A stretch of DNA of 64,000 bases. Origin: an uncultured Verrucomicrobiae bacterium (GTDB lineage Bacteria > Verrucomicrobiota > Verrucomicrobiia > Chthoniobacterales > JAFAMB01). The DNA lies in NCBI GenBank assembly GCA_963762565.1, contig CAVXLD010000004.1:64001-128000 (forward strand). Direction: 5' to 3'. The notes under the pieces are model-generated. The model ran no database searches and was not told the DNA's origin. It worked only from the letters and a program-made list of their open reading frames with translations. Shown one piece after another: positions 49,943-59,896 of this stretch. The translations under genes and the position numbers were made by a program. Each line of letters opens with the position of its first letter. Position 1 is the stretch's first letter.

Positions 49943-52099
49943 TCAATTGATCATCACAACCTTCAGGCCACCTGGCCGGTCAGCGGGACTGAGGGTAACG
50001 CCTTCGCTCGACCGATGTATTTCGAGATCGATGGAAGTCTGTCCCACTCTAAGCCCCCGGATACGCACCTCCGGTAACGATTCTGGTAACCGTGGATAGC
50101 GGAAATAAAGGGTTGCTTCCGACGCGCGAATACTGAGACCTAGACAGGCTTGCAGGAGCAGGAATACGGCTCCAGCTGCCCAGGCTTGGGGAGAACAAGC
50201 CGTCGGATAAAGCGTAGGTCCTATTCCTGGTTGTCTCGAGAAACCGCAAAACAACTCTGGCAACCGATGCAGATCGAGGAAAACGGAAGCATCGAATAGG
50301 CCGGCCAAAATTTGGCAGGCAAGCTCTTTATGCGGCGTCTGGGCACAACCAAACCCGATCAACGCGTTGTCGTGCGGCCAGACAGAACCATTGTGATAGG
50401 ACATGGGGCTAAAACGTTTTTCGGAGCTGGCAATCGTGCGAACACCCCAGCCCGAAAAGAAGCTTTCTCCAGAGAAAGCATCGATCAGTTCCCGCGCTCG
50501 ATCCGGCTGGGCAATCCCCGTGAAAAGACAATGACCAGCGTTCGAACTGCGTACCCGGCATTGACGTTTATCTCGATCTAAGGCTAACGCGTAAAAGGAA
50601 ATTTCCTGACACCAAAACGCGTCCTCGAACCGTTGACGGAGCGACTCAGCTTCACGCTCTAAGCGCTCCGCTTGCGCATTGTGCCCTAAGACCCTTGCCA
50701 AACCAGCGATCCCTCGTTTTGCGGCATAGACATAAGCTTGCAGCTCACAAATCGCGATCGGCCCCTCAGCCAGTTCACCATCGGCGTGGAAAACGGAATC
50801 AGACGAATCTTTCCAGGACTGATGGATCAAGCCATTTTGCGATCGGCGGCCATACTCGATAAAACCGTCACCGTCCCGATCTCCAAATTGATCGATCCAT
50901 CTCAGAGCCAGCTCGATATTTGGCCAGATCGCTTTGATGCAATCCAGGTCTCCGGTTCGTTCGAAATAAGCCGCCGCGAGGTACAAGAACAATGGGGTCG
51001 AATCCGCACTTCCGTAATAGCGGCCAAACGGAACTTCTCCGATTCGAGCTAGTTCACTCTGGCGGGTTTCGTGCAGGATCTTACCCGGTTCGGCGTCCTG
51101 GTTCGGGTTGTGCTCCGTCGCTTGGGTGGCGGCCAGATAGCGGAGAACGCCCTTGGCGAGCTCAGGATAGACCCAGAGATATTCTAAGGCCGTTATGATG
51201 CCGTCTCGTCCGAAGGGAGTGCTGAACCAGGGAATCCCGGCATAAGGATATAAGCCCTCCGGCGTGCGCGTGATCAGCATCTGAAGATCCGCTCGAGAAC
51301 GGTCAATCCAGTCATTGAACTTTTCGTTTGATGTCCGAATCTCGCAGCTATCTCTTTCGATCTGCTCATGTGCAGACGTCCTGACGTTGCCGTGATGACG
51401 AGATGATGACTGTTCCCCACCTGCCGAACAGGAGACCGATAGACTGAATACCTTTTCCTCCTGCGGCTCGAGCTCGATCGGGAAACGCATTTCTGAAGCG
51501 CCAACCACTACCGGTTTTAACGTTGATGCGATCGTTGTTTTTCGCAGGATTTTGTCCAGGCCTTGATACGAGAAGCTAAGAGAGGCTTGGCCTATCTCGG
51601 GGCTGAGCAGTTGCCTCTGTTTGTTACTCGGATACCCTCGAACTTCAAATATATCCGCGAAATCGGCTTCCAGCTCTAAGACCAACTCTAAGCCAACTGG
51701 GAGGAGGCTATAGTTGCGGACGCAAATTTCTTCTCGGCACTCGTTTTCCAGAAGAAACTTGGTTCGTTGAACATGGACAGCGCGGGGACGCAATCTACGG
51801 TCACCCGGTAACTCGAGATCTGAATTTGTCAGATCGACGAGCAGCCGGGCGTTATCTTCTGTAACCATCGAACTCAGCAATACGAGCGAACCGTTCGCCA
51901 ATCGCAGCACCGATTTCGAAAGATGCCTCGATTCATTGTAGAAGAGACCATGTCCGCCGGTCGCGAGCGCACGGAGATCGCCGCATCGGTCAAAGACCGC
52001 GAACAGATCGCCCCGCATCAAGACATGCGTCTGGATATCGATCAGCGAAGATTCGGCGTGAATATAAAGCTCGTTCCCGAGCTCGATGAAGTCGGGCAT
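49943..52099 (-). CDS. Amylo-alpha-1,6-glucosidase (glycogen debranching enzyme family)
   Basis: AGIPWFSTPFGRD, EPGKILHE, YYGSADSTPL, WKDS, YHNGSVWPHD, RLPELFCG, ACSPQAW. Confidence 0.92.
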   Translation of the reverse strand: MPDFIELGNELYIHAESSLIDIQTHVLMRGDLFAVFDRCGDLRALATGGHGLFYNESRHLSKSVLRLANGSLVLLSSMVTEDNARLLVDLTNSDLELPGDRRLRPRAVHVQRTKFLLENECREEICVRNYSLLPVGLELVLELEADFADIFEVRGYPSNKQRQLLSPEIGQASLSFSYQGLDKILRKTTIASTLKPVVVGASEMRFPIELEPQEEKVFSLSVSCSAGGEQSSSRHHGNVRTSAHEQIERDSCEIRTSNEKFNDWIDRSRADLQMLITRTPEGLYPYAGIPWFSTPFGRDGIITALEYLWVYPELAKGVLRYLAATQATEHNPNQDAEPGKILHETRQSELARIGEVPFGRYYGSADSTPLFLYLAAAYFERTGDLDCIKAIWPNIELALRWIDQFGDRDGDGFIEYGRRSQNGLIHQSWKDSSDSVFHADGELAEGPIAICELQAYVYAAKRGIAGLARVLGHNAQAERLEREAESLRQRFEDAFWCQEISFYALALDRDKRQCRVRSSNAGHCLFTGIAQPDRARELIDAFSGESFFSGWGVRTIASSEKRFSPMSYHNGSVWPHDNALIGFGCAQTPHKELACQILAGLFDASVFLDLHRLPELFCGFSRQPGIGPTLYPTACSPQAWAAGAVFLLLQACLGLSIRASEATLYFRYPRLPESLPEVRIRGLRVGQTSIDLEIHRSSEGVTLSPADRPGGLKVVMIN

Positions 52100-52185
52100 A
52101 GGTGGTTAGCGTTAGGTACTCGTAGCAAGTTCAACTTCGGGCATCCAGGTTGCAATTGGCCGCGCGACCCGAAGGGGTCGCCACC

Positions 52186-52432
52186 CGTGGAGCGCTGCCT
52201 CGCTTGCGAGGCCGTGGTGAGCAGGGAGATATAGCTTTCCGCACCCAACTTTTTTGTCTGCGCTCTGTTGCGGTCGATAGGAGACTCTAGATCACCACCT
52301 GGTTCCAACGACCTCGTGTAAATCTCGCGTCCGAGCTACATGCGCCACGATAGAGCACGGCACGGGTCGGGGCATGACATGACGCTCTCTCCCTGTTCAC
52401 AACGGCCTCGCCAGCGAGGCAGCGCTCCACGG
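52186..52432. repeat. REPIN family C
   Basis: CCGTGGAGCGCTGCCTCGCTTGCGAGGCCGTGGTGAGCAGGGAGA and its near-complement ending GGCAGCGCTCCACGG. Confidence 0.8.
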
Positions 52433-52504
52433 TTCCGACCGATTCACCCCCAATTTCCGGTTGCTCCGCTGCAACTCACCACCTAGGGTGATGCATTCCT
52501 GATA

Positions 52505-52637
52505 GGTAGCTAGGGTTCCGTCGCACTTGGGAACGAGCGCGGGCCTGGACCAAGCGCTACAGAAAGCTGTCGTCGCTCGCTTTCAAAGGAGCCCAACGAT
52601 GGCTGGCACCTGATGGCATAAAAGGCTCGGGGGGATC
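52505..52637 (+). ncRNA. ykkC-yxkD family riboswitch (variant)
   Basis: GUAG-CUAGGGUUCCG...CUGGACCAAGC-GCUAC (P1), P2 AGCUGUCGU/ACGAUGGCU, then CACC...GGC-AUAAAAG-GCU-CGGGGG; about 65 nt upstream of a transporter. Confidence 0.8.
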
Positions 52638-52702
52638 ACGGATGCAGATACGGCTTGTCCTGTCTGCAACCTGAAACCAGTAACTCTGACTTTGTGCCTT
52701 AG

Positions 52703-53563
52703 ATGATCCCCACGATTTTTGCTCTGGTCGTTCTCGCCGCCTTTATTCACGCCTTTTGGAACATCTTACTTAAACGCGTTCAGGGCGGATTATCGTTTAC
52801 TTGGTCCGTTAGCATCTTTCAGACGGTCGTCTTTGCGCCCTGGGTCGTCTGGGTGATCTGGACAGAAAGACCGGCTCTGGGCTCCGTCGAATTGGCCTTT
52901 ATCGCGGGGAGCGCGGTGATCCACATCGCTTACTACTATTTTCTTCAATGGGGTTATCGGGTCGGTGATATTTCATTAGTGTATCCGATCGCCCGGGGGA
53001 GCGGCCCCATGCTTTCCTCGTTGGCAGCAATCATTATCTTAGGCGAGCGGCCGGGATGGTTTGGAATTCTCGGGATTGTAGCCATCGGTGTTGGTATCTT
53101 CTTTTTGACCAATGGGGGCAGGACAGATGGGCGACCAAGGATCACTGCTGCGGTCGTTGCCGGCCTCTTAACCGGCCTGTCGATCGCCGCTTATACGGTC
53201 TGGGACAAATACGCGGTCAGCTCGGTCAAGGTTTCGCCGGTTCTGTTAGATCTGTTGGCCAATCCAATCCTGGCGTTGCTGTTGACACCAACGGTTTGGT
53301 ATCAGCGGAAAGATATCGTCCGGTACTGGACGAAGAACCGAGCTGAGTTATTGGGTGTGACCCTCGCAAATCCGATCTCTTACATCCTGATCCTAACCGT
53401 GATGACTGTCGCTCCAGTTAGCCAGATCGCTCCCATGCGCGAAGTCAGCACGTTGATCGGCGCGTTTATTGGTGGCCATTTGTTCGCTGAGAAAAATCTG
53501 AACCGACGCTTGGCGGCGGCTTCGATTATCGTGCTGGGCGTGTTAGTAATAGCTCATGGATAG
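52703..53563 (+). CDS. EamA/DMT family transporter
   Basis: About 10 TM helices; HAFWN, GDISLVYPIARG, LGER, YTVWD, PMREVS. Confidence 0.9.
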   Translation: MIPTIFALVVLAAFIHAFWNILLKRVQGGLSFTWSVSIFQTVVFAPWVVWVIWTERPALGSVELAFIAGSAVIHIAYYYFLQWGYRVGDISLVYPIARGSGPMLSSLAAIIILGERPGWFGILGIVAIGVGIFFLTNGGRTDGRPRITAAVVAGLLTGLSIAAYTVWDKYAVSSVKVSPVLLDLLANPILALLLTPTVWYQRKDIVRYWTKNRAELLGVTLANPISYILILTVMTVAPVSQIAPMREVSTLIGAFIGGHLFAEKNLNRRLAAASIIVLGVLVIAHG

Positions 53564-53568
53564 CGACT

Positions 53569-53604
53569 AAACGTACGTGTTGTGATTGATTTTGACGTAC
53601 GTTT
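53569..53604 (+). promoter_or_regulatory. Probable TA operon operator/promoter
   Basis: Two ACGTACGT palindromes (53571, 53595), the second overlapping a TTGACG -35-like hexamer. Confidence 0.55.
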
Positions 53605-53626
53605 CGGTGAGTGTTATCGATTAGAC

Positions 53627-53857
53627 ATGGTCGTAAAGCCTTCTCAGCTGCGGGCAGATCTTTATCGGCTACTTGATCGCGTGCTCAAGACTGGGGAACC
53701 AATCGAGATCGACCGGGGTGGGAAAACGCTTCTTTTGGTCCCCAAAGAAAAGAAAAGTAAGCTGGATAATCTCGTCAAACGTAACGTGATTGTCGGGGAC
53801 CCTGAAGATTTGGTTCACATGGATTGGTCGAAGGGTTGGCGCGGTGATCTACCTTGA
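53627..53857 (+). CDS. Phd/YefM-type antitoxin
   Basis: SQLRADLYRLLDRVLKTGEPIEIDRGGK; overlaps the downstream PIN gene. Confidence 0.85.
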   Translation: MVVKPSQLRADLYRLLDRVLKTGEPIEIDRGGKTLLLVPKEKKSKLDNLVKRNVIVGDPEDLVHMDWSKGWRGDLP

Positions 53858-54218
53858 TACACACGTCGTCGTTTGGCTATATGCCGGCGAACACGCGCGT
53901 CTGAGCCGCGCCGTTAGAAGGCTTCTCGAATCAGAGCCATTGCTAATCTCACCGATATTGTTGCTCGAATTGGCGTTATTGGAGGAGACTAGCCGAATAC
54001 AAATCGGACCTGAGACCATCTTCAAAGAACTCGAAGCTTCGCTCGGCCTTTCATTGTGCGACCTGCCATTTGCCGAGGTGGCGGCAGCTTCTTTGCCACA
54101 AAGATGGACCCGAGATCCATTTGACCGGCTAATGGTGGGACAGGCGATAGCTCGGGGAGTGAGACTAATCACAAAAGATCGCCTTATCCGGCAGCACTTC
54201 CGAGGCGCGATCTGGTAA
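53844..54218 (+). CDS. vapC: VapC PIN-domain toxin
   Basis: YLDTHVVVW, ISPILLLEL, RDPFDRLM, LITKD. Confidence 0.9.
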   Translation: MIYLDTHVVVWLYAGEHARLSRAVRRLLESEPLLISPILLLELALLEETSRIQIGPETIFKELEASLGLSLCDLPFAEVAAASLPQRWTRDPFDRLMVGQAIARGVRLITKDRLIRQHFRGAIW

Positions 54219-54330
54219 GACGGTATCCAGGCAGAGGTTGAGGGCTGGGGCGATTATTACCGGCATTTGCAATTGACTCACGCCCATAGGGTTGTGCTAG
54301 AGTTGCACTTCCTTCCTAGAGGACCCGACT

Positions 54331-54951
54331 ATGTCATCTTCAGCTCCGTTGTCCTGGGATTTCGACGCAGATTATCTCCAGGCTTGTAATTGCGATTACG
54401 GGTGCCCGTGCGAGTTTAACGCTCCGCCGACACCCGGTTTCTGTGAAGGCACAGGGACATGGCGAATTAAAACCGGTAAATGCGGGAACGTTTCGTTGGA
54501 TGGCCTCTGCCTGGGTTTTGCCGCGCATTGGCCAAAGGCGATCCACTTGGGCGGCGGAACCGTTACGATCTTCATCGACGAACGCGCCAATCAAGAGCAA
54601 CGTGAGGCACTAGAGAATATCGCCTTCGGCAAGCTGGGAGGGCTCCCGTTCGAGATCCTGGCCACGACCTTCTCTGCCGTTCAACCGACCCGTTTTGTTC
54701 CTTTCGAATTTCATTTGGATGGGCGTAATAGCCGGGCGCGAATCGGCGAGGATATCGCTTTCAATTTGGAGCCCGTTAAAAATCCGGTCACAGGTGATCC
54801 GGAATTTGTCCGGATCGAACACGCTACGGGATTTATTTTTAAGGGTGCAGAAGTGGTTTCGGCAAACGATCTCCGCGTCTCGAGCGGCACGATCAATTTC
54901 CAATACACGAATAAGGCAGGCTTCGTGACCGATGTCCATTACCACAACTAG
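54331..54951 (+). CDS. DUF1326 family protein (Cys-rich, putative metal-binding)
   Basis: ACNCDYGCPC...PTPGFCEG...IDERA..QREAL. Confidence 0.8.
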   Translation: MSSSAPLSWDFDADYLQACNCDYGCPCEFNAPPTPGFCEGTGTWRIKTGKCGNVSLDGLCLGFAAHWPKAIHLGGGTVTIFIDERANQEQREALENIAFGKLGGLPFEILATTFSAVQPTRFVPFEFHLDGRNSRARIGEDIAFNLEPVKNPVTGDPEFVRIEHATGFIFKGAEVVSANDLRVSSGTINFQYTNKAGFVTDVHYHN

Positions 54952-54976
54952 CGCCGGCTAGCCGAAGTGCGGTCAA

Positions 54977-55783
54977 ATGGAAACCGTGATCCAGGCGGTG
55001 GCGCAGCGGGACCGTTTAGTGGTTGGCGTTGCGCTGGTCGGTATTGCCGGCGTGACATGGTATAACCTGGCGGACGAGGCAGCAAAATTCTCCGCCACTG
55101 GCGTCTGCCACTGCGCGTCAATGATGCTCGGCGGGCCAGACGCCTCGCCCTGGTCACCGGTAACTCTAGTACCGCTTTTCCTGATGTGGACGGAGATGAT
55201 GGTGGCAATGATGCTGCCGGCAGTCACGCCATTGGTTCTGCTTTTTTCGAAGGTTGCACGTACCCGAGCCGAACGCGGGCAACCCTATGTTTCCACGGCA
55301 TTCTTTGTTTCCGGATATTTTGCCGTGTGGACCGCGTTCAGTCTCGGCGCCGCTGTGGCCCAATGGATCCTACACGGCGCCACGCTCCTATCCCCGCAGA
55401 TGACCACTAATAACTCGCTGGTTAGCGGCGCATTTCTGATTGCCGCCGGCGCCTTCCAGTTTTCGCCTCTAAAAAGCGCGTGTCTGGCTCATTGCCGATC
55501 ACCCTTGACCTTCCTCATGACCGATTGGCGCAACGGGCGCGCCGGAGCGTTTTTTATGGGATGGAAGCACGGATGGTTCTGCACCGCATGCTGCTGGCTG
55601 TTGATGGTCCTGCTCTTCGTGGTCGGTGTTATGAATCTCCTTTGGATTGCGCTGCTTGCCTTGTTCGCTCTGTCGGAACGCATCGCGCCAAAGAGCTGGC
55701 GCCTGTCACAGATAACAGGCTTGGTTCTAGTCTGTGCCGGGGTGTGGTTCCTGGCGTCGCCGCTATTTGTTACAACGCGCTAA
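54977..55783 (+). CDS. DUF2182 family membrane protein
   Basis: MW..MMVAMMLP, GY..VW, Q.SPLK.ACL.HCRSP, C..CCWLLM, GVMN. Confidence 0.85.
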   Translation: METVIQAVAQRDRLVVGVALVGIAGVTWYNLADEAAKFSATGVCHCASMMLGGPDASPWSPVTLVPLFLMWTEMMVAMMLPAVTPLVLLFSKVARTRAERGQPYVSTAFFVSGYFAVWTAFSLGAAVAQWILHGATLLSPQMTTNNSLVSGAFLIAAGAFQFSPLKSACLAHCRSPLTFLMTDWRNGRAGAFFMGWKHGWFCTACCWLLMVLLFVVGVMNLLWIALLALFALSERIAPKSWRLSQITGLVLVCAGVWFLASPLFVTTR

Positions 55784-55911
55784 GTCTGCGGTGGCTGCTA
55801 GTGTTGGAAAGATCAGCGCTGCGGGCTCTGGTAAAGGATGGGACCTATACGACCTATAGGACTTATAGGTTCGGAGCGGCTTGGATTGCCCGGCGACAGT
55901 GGAATGCCCCG

Positions 55912-57444
55912 CTACTTCTTCTGCAGCAGACTATGGCCGGTCATTTGCTTTGGCTGTGATAACCCTAGCATTTCTAACAAAGTCGGAGCCACATCGGCTA
56001 AGATGCCGTCCTTCAGAGTGAACTGATCGGCATCGGCAGCGACATAAAGGAAATGAACGAGGTTAGTGGTATGAGCAGTGTTCGGTGATCCGTCCGGGTT
56101 CCGCATCAACTCACAGTTGCCATGATCGGCAGTAACCAAGGCTTTGCCATCTACGCGGAGCACTTCCTCGATCACTTGACGCACACAATCGTCGATCGTC
56201 TCCACTGCCGTAATACCGGCCTCAACCACTCCGGTATGGCCCACCATGTCCGGGTTAGCAAAATTCAATATCACCAGATCATAATCTTTGAGCCGCTTCA
56301 CGACTTCGCTGGTGACTTCCCTCGCGCTCATTTCCGGCCTCAGATCGTAAGTGGCCACCTTTGGCGAAGGGATGATCACCCGGTCTTCCTTGTCGAATGG
56401 TTTCTCAACGCCACCATTAAAGAAGTAAGTAACGTGCGGGTATTTCTCCGTCTCGGCGATCCGCAATTGGCGCTTCCCGGTATCGCTCACCACTTTCCCC
56501 AGGATCTCCTCCAACGATTGCGGATGAAAAACCACCGGACATTGATAGGTCTCATCGTAGACCGTTAGGGTCACGTAGTGCACGCGCACAAAGGCTCCCC
56601 GATCGAAGTCAGAGAAATCCGGAAACAGAAATGCGCGGGAAAGTTGTCGAGCCCGGTCCGCGCGAAAATTAAAGAAGAACACCACGTCACCGTCACGAAC
56701 CCGTTGCTGATCAGGCAGATCAAAGATTAACGGCTTCAGGAATTCGTCGGTCTCGCCGGTTTCGTAGCGTTTGCGAACCGCCGCTTCTGCGTCCGACTGG
56801 CTAACCTCGCCTTTCCCCCAAACAATAGCATCCCATGCGAGTTTGGTTCGGTCCCAGCGTTTATCGCGGTCCATTGCGAAATAACGCCCGATCACCGTCG
56901 CGATCTTAGCGCCGGTATCATGGATACCTTTTTGAACCGTCTCGAGATAACCAGCGCCACCGGTGGGTGAAGTATCGCGGCCATCGGTGACGGCGTGGAT
57001 AAGGATGTCTTTCACTCCCGCTTTAGCAGCAGCCTGTACCAAGCCGATCAAATGATCCTGATGGCTATGAACACCACCATCCGAAACTAGCCCCAGAAAA
57101 TGTAACCGTGCTTGTTTCGCTTGGGAAAAAACTTCCGCCAAAACCGGGTTCCGATTTAGCTCTCCTTCCTCAATCGCTTTATTAATCCGGGTAAGATCTT
57201 GGTACACAATCCGGCCAGCGCCGAGATTCAGGTGACCCACTTCGGAATTACCCATCTGTCCGTCCGGCAATCCGACGTCCATCCCGCTGGCGCTCAAACG
57301 GCTCATCGGATACGTCTTGTACAGCTGATCGTGAAATGGCGTTCGAGCGAGTAAGGTCGCGTTCCCATCCGCTTCGGCGCCTTCTTTACCGTGAGGATTA
57401 ATCCCCCAACCGTCCCGGATGATCAGAATAACGGGTTTACCCAT
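55912..57444 (-). CDS. gpmI: 2,3-bisphosphoglycerate-independent phosphoglycerate mutase
   Basis: DGWG, QMGNSEVGH, DGGVHSH, GRYFAMDRD, AETEKYPHVTYFFNGG, NPDMVGHTG, ADHGN. Confidence 0.97.
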   Translation of the reverse strand: MGKPVILIIRDGWGINPHGKEGAEADGNATLLARTPFHDQLYKTYPMSRLSASGMDVGLPDGQMGNSEVGHLNLGAGRIVYQDLTRINKAIEEGELNRNPVLAEVFSQAKQARLHFLGLVSDGGVHSHQDHLIGLVQAAAKAGVKDILIHAVTDGRDTSPTGGAGYLETVQKGIHDTGAKIATVIGRYFAMDRDKRWDRTKLAWDAIVWGKGEVSQSDAEAAVRKRYETGETDEFLKPLIFDLPDQQRVRDGDVVFFFNFRADRARQLSRAFLFPDFSDFDRGAFVRVHYVTLTVYDETYQCPVVFHPQSLEEILGKVVSDTGKRQLRIAETEKYPHVTYFFNGGVEKPFDKEDRVIIPSPKVATYDLRPEMSAREVTSEVVKRLKDYDLVILNFANPDMVGHTGVVEAGITAVETIDDCVRQVIEEVLRVDGKALVTADHGNCELMRNPDGSPNTAHTTNLVHFLYVAADADQFTLKDGILADVAPTLLEMLGLSQPKQMTGHSLLQKK

Positions 57445-57496
57445 CGGTGAGACGTGAGAAGTGAGAGGTGAGGAGTGATTGGTGGAAGCGGCCAGC

Positions 57497-57610
57497 CTCG
57501 CCTTGGGCTCGCTCACATCGCGATAGCCGAAAGCCAATAGCCAAAAATCAATGCCAGTTCTTGGCTATCGGCTATTTAGCTATTGGCTATTCGAACGAGC
57601 CTGAGGCGAG
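57497..57610. repeat. Inverted-repeat element with the same termini as 3332-3466 but ATAGCCA/TGGCTAT inner arrays
   Basis: CTCGCCTTGGGCTCG ... CGAGCCTGAGGCGAG. Confidence 0.8.
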
Positions 57611-57614
57611 TTCG

Positions 57615-57707
57615 TTAGCGTTTAGCGGCTTTGGCTGCGTTTTTCTTTCTCTGCAGATAGTCGCGACGGCGACGGCGCTTTTCGACTTTGTTGAGCTGTT
57701 TTCCCAT
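57615..57707 (-). CDS. Small very basic protein (30 aa)
   Basis: Hand translation MGKQLNKVEKRRRRRDYLQRKKNAAKAAKR; not in the ORF track. Confidence 0.6.
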   Translation of the reverse strand: MGKQLNKVEKRRRRRDYLQRKKNAAKAAKR

Positions 57708-57769
57708 TGAGTCTGCCCTTACGTGACCGGGCCGACGATGTCAAATGCGATGCATCCTTGGTGGGGTGA

Positions 57770-58028
57770 GGCGAATGGGCGAAACGGCGAATGGGCGAAA
57801 CGGCGATGGGGCGATCTGAGCTGCGAAGCGCTGGCTAGATTGAAGCCTCGGGTGAGTCTGCGCGCCCCAGGTATGGTTTTAGAAAGGCGTTCCGAACTGA
57901 AGGTGCGAAAAAGACAGGGGTCGTATCCTACAATAAGTTTGCACTCTGAATAGGCGCGTTCTGCCGCACCTTGAGCGCGTCGCGCCTCCTAATCGCCCCT
58001 TCGCCCATTCGCCCATTCGCCGTTTCGC
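57770..58028. repeat. Inverted octamer arrays (GGCGAATG/GGCGAAAC) enclosing a REP-like segment
   Basis: ggcgaatgggcgaaacggcgaatgggcgaaac ... tcgcccattcgcccattcgccgtttcgc. Confidence 0.8.
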
Positions 58029-58038
58029 TCCTACTCCC

Positions 58039-59778
58039 CTACCGCGCTACCAACTCACCCTCGCGCGGCGCTTCCACGTGAAACTGTTCCGGCTTCGGCC
58101 GCGGACCGTTCACATGGGCTCTGCCCCAATAATCGGTAAAGGTTTCGCCTTGGAATCGTTCCCGAACAAACTCTTCAAGAAGGTCCCGGACTCGGTCCGG
58201 GATCTCTGCCAGCGTGATAGATTTTTGCTGAAGACCAACCAAGCGTTCGCCGGTAAGCGCGCCGCCAACATAAAGCGCATATTTCCCTGGCGCCCGGCCA
58301 ACGAAGGCGATATCCGCATTATAAGGGCGGGCACAGCCGTTGGGACATCCAGTCATCCGGATCAGAATCGGTTCTTCAGAAAGTCCCAGGTCGGTCATAA
58401 CCGCTTCGATCTTATCGAGGACCCCGGGAAAAACTCTCTCGCTCTCTGCCAGCGCCATACCGCAGGTCGGCAACGCCACACAGGCCTGGGCCAGCTGACG
58501 CACCGGAGTGAGGTCTTCCGGCCGCGGGATACCATGCTCAACCAGGATCTTATCAACCGCCGCTTTCTGCGATGGATCGATATTGTAAAAGCTCAGGTTA
58601 CAATTGGTAGTCAATCGAACAGGAAACCCGAACTCGGTTGCAATTTTGGCAAAAGCGCTCCGAATGTTCGTCCCCTCGCCGTCCTTGATCCTTCCCTCCT
58701 GGATCCAAATCCCGCAGAACAGTTTTCCGTCGCCCTGCTCGTGCCAACCCAATAGATCGCTAACCGTGTCCCACCGAACCTCCTTGGGAGCCTGGAGAGC
58801 GAAAGACAAGCGAGCCTGTACCTCCTGTTTGAACCACTCAATCCCTTTCTCTTCGATCAGATATTTCAGCCGGGCACGCTTCCGATCCGTTCGATTACCA
58901 AAGTCGCGTTGCACCGTAACCACGGCGACCGCGGTCTGGATCACTTGGTCGCGTTGTACATAGGCTAATGGTTTGGCCAACGCCGGATAAGTATCCTGTT
59001 TGCCGTGGGTCATGCCGAAGCCGCCGCCTGCTACAACGGTATACCCTTTAACCTCGCCTTTTTCGACGTGGGCTAGAAAGCCGAGGTCGTTTGCGTAAAC
59101 GTCGACATCGTTCCGAGGTGGAATGGCGATCGCGATCTTAAATTTACGAGGCAGATACTGCTTTCCGTAGACCGGTTCTTCGCTCGCGCCCGCCACCTCG
59201 GATGAGCCAGAGCTCGTCTCCACAGGAATTTTCTCGCCGTTCAGCCAGATATCGGCGTAAGCCGTTGACCTCGGCAGGAATGCCTGGCTGATCTCCTTAG
59301 CCAACCGCTGGGTATCGCGATGGGGGGCATCGTTGATCGGCGTAGCCGGAGCGATCGTATTTCGTACCACGTCGCCGCAAGCGCCCCAAGTTGTCACTCC
59401 GGACTCGTTGATCCGCCGGATGCATTCTTTCAAATCGCCCTTCAGGACACCGTGCGTTTGGAAGCCTTGACGGGTCGTGATGCGCAAGGTGCCGTTCCCG
59501 AGATCTCCTGCGAGCTTGTCGTGTTCGAGATATTGGGCCGCGGTCAAATCTCCGCCGGGCAATTTCGATCGCACCATGAACATCCAGGCTTTATCTTGAT
59601 TTTGGGCTTTTCGGGCGGCCCGCTGATCGCGATCGTCCTGTTGATAGGTTCCGTGGAACTTCAATAGCTGATATTCGTCCTCGGGAAAGTGGCTAGAGTC
59701 ATCGGCCAGGGTCTCCTGGATCGTGCCCCTCAGCGATCGGCTTTCAGCCTTGATTTCCTCAACGTTCTTTGATGACAT
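58039..59778 (-). CDS. cysI: Assimilatory sulfite reductase hemoprotein
   Basis: KFHGTYQQDDRD, RITTRQ, ACGDVVRN, YLPRKFK, CVALPTC and GCPNGC siroheme/4Fe-4S ligands. Confidence 0.92.
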   Translation of the reverse strand: MSSKNVEEIKAESRSLRGTIQETLADDSSHFPEDEYQLLKFHGTYQQDDRDQRAARKAQNQDKAWMFMVRSKLPGGDLTAAQYLEHDKLAGDLGNGTLRITTRQGFQTHGVLKGDLKECIRRINESGVTTWGACGDVVRNTIAPATPINDAPHRDTQRLAKEISQAFLPRSTAYADIWLNGEKIPVETSSGSSEVAGASEEPVYGKQYLPRKFKIAIAIPPRNDVDVYANDLGFLAHVEKGEVKGYTVVAGGGFGMTHGKQDTYPALAKPLAYVQRDQVIQTAVAVVTVQRDFGNRTDRKRARLKYLIEEKGIEWFKQEVQARLSFALQAPKEVRWDTVSDLLGWHEQGDGKLFCGIWIQEGRIKDGEGTNIRSAFAKIATEFGFPVRLTTNCNLSFYNIDPSQKAAVDKILVEHGIPRPEDLTPVRQLAQACVALPTCGMALAESERVFPGVLDKIEAVMTDLGLSEEPILIRMTGCPNGCARPYNADIAFVGRAPGKYALYVGGALTGERLVGLQQKSITLAEIPDRVRDLLEEFVRERFQGETFTDYWGRAHVNGPRPKPEQFHVEAPREGELVAR

Positions 59779-59896
59779 GGCGACTAATCCTAGAAAATAC
59801 TTATTCTCCCTAGGGATATAGTCTATTTGCCTCAAGGTGCAAACTGAATCGGTGAGCGCCGTGCGTCCACAAGGAAGGACAAACTCGGTTCGCACT

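Noticed and set aside
53627..55783. TA pair plus DUF1326/DUF2182 as one novel system
   Set aside because: Both pairs are common independent modules separated by their own intergenic region; nothing links them.
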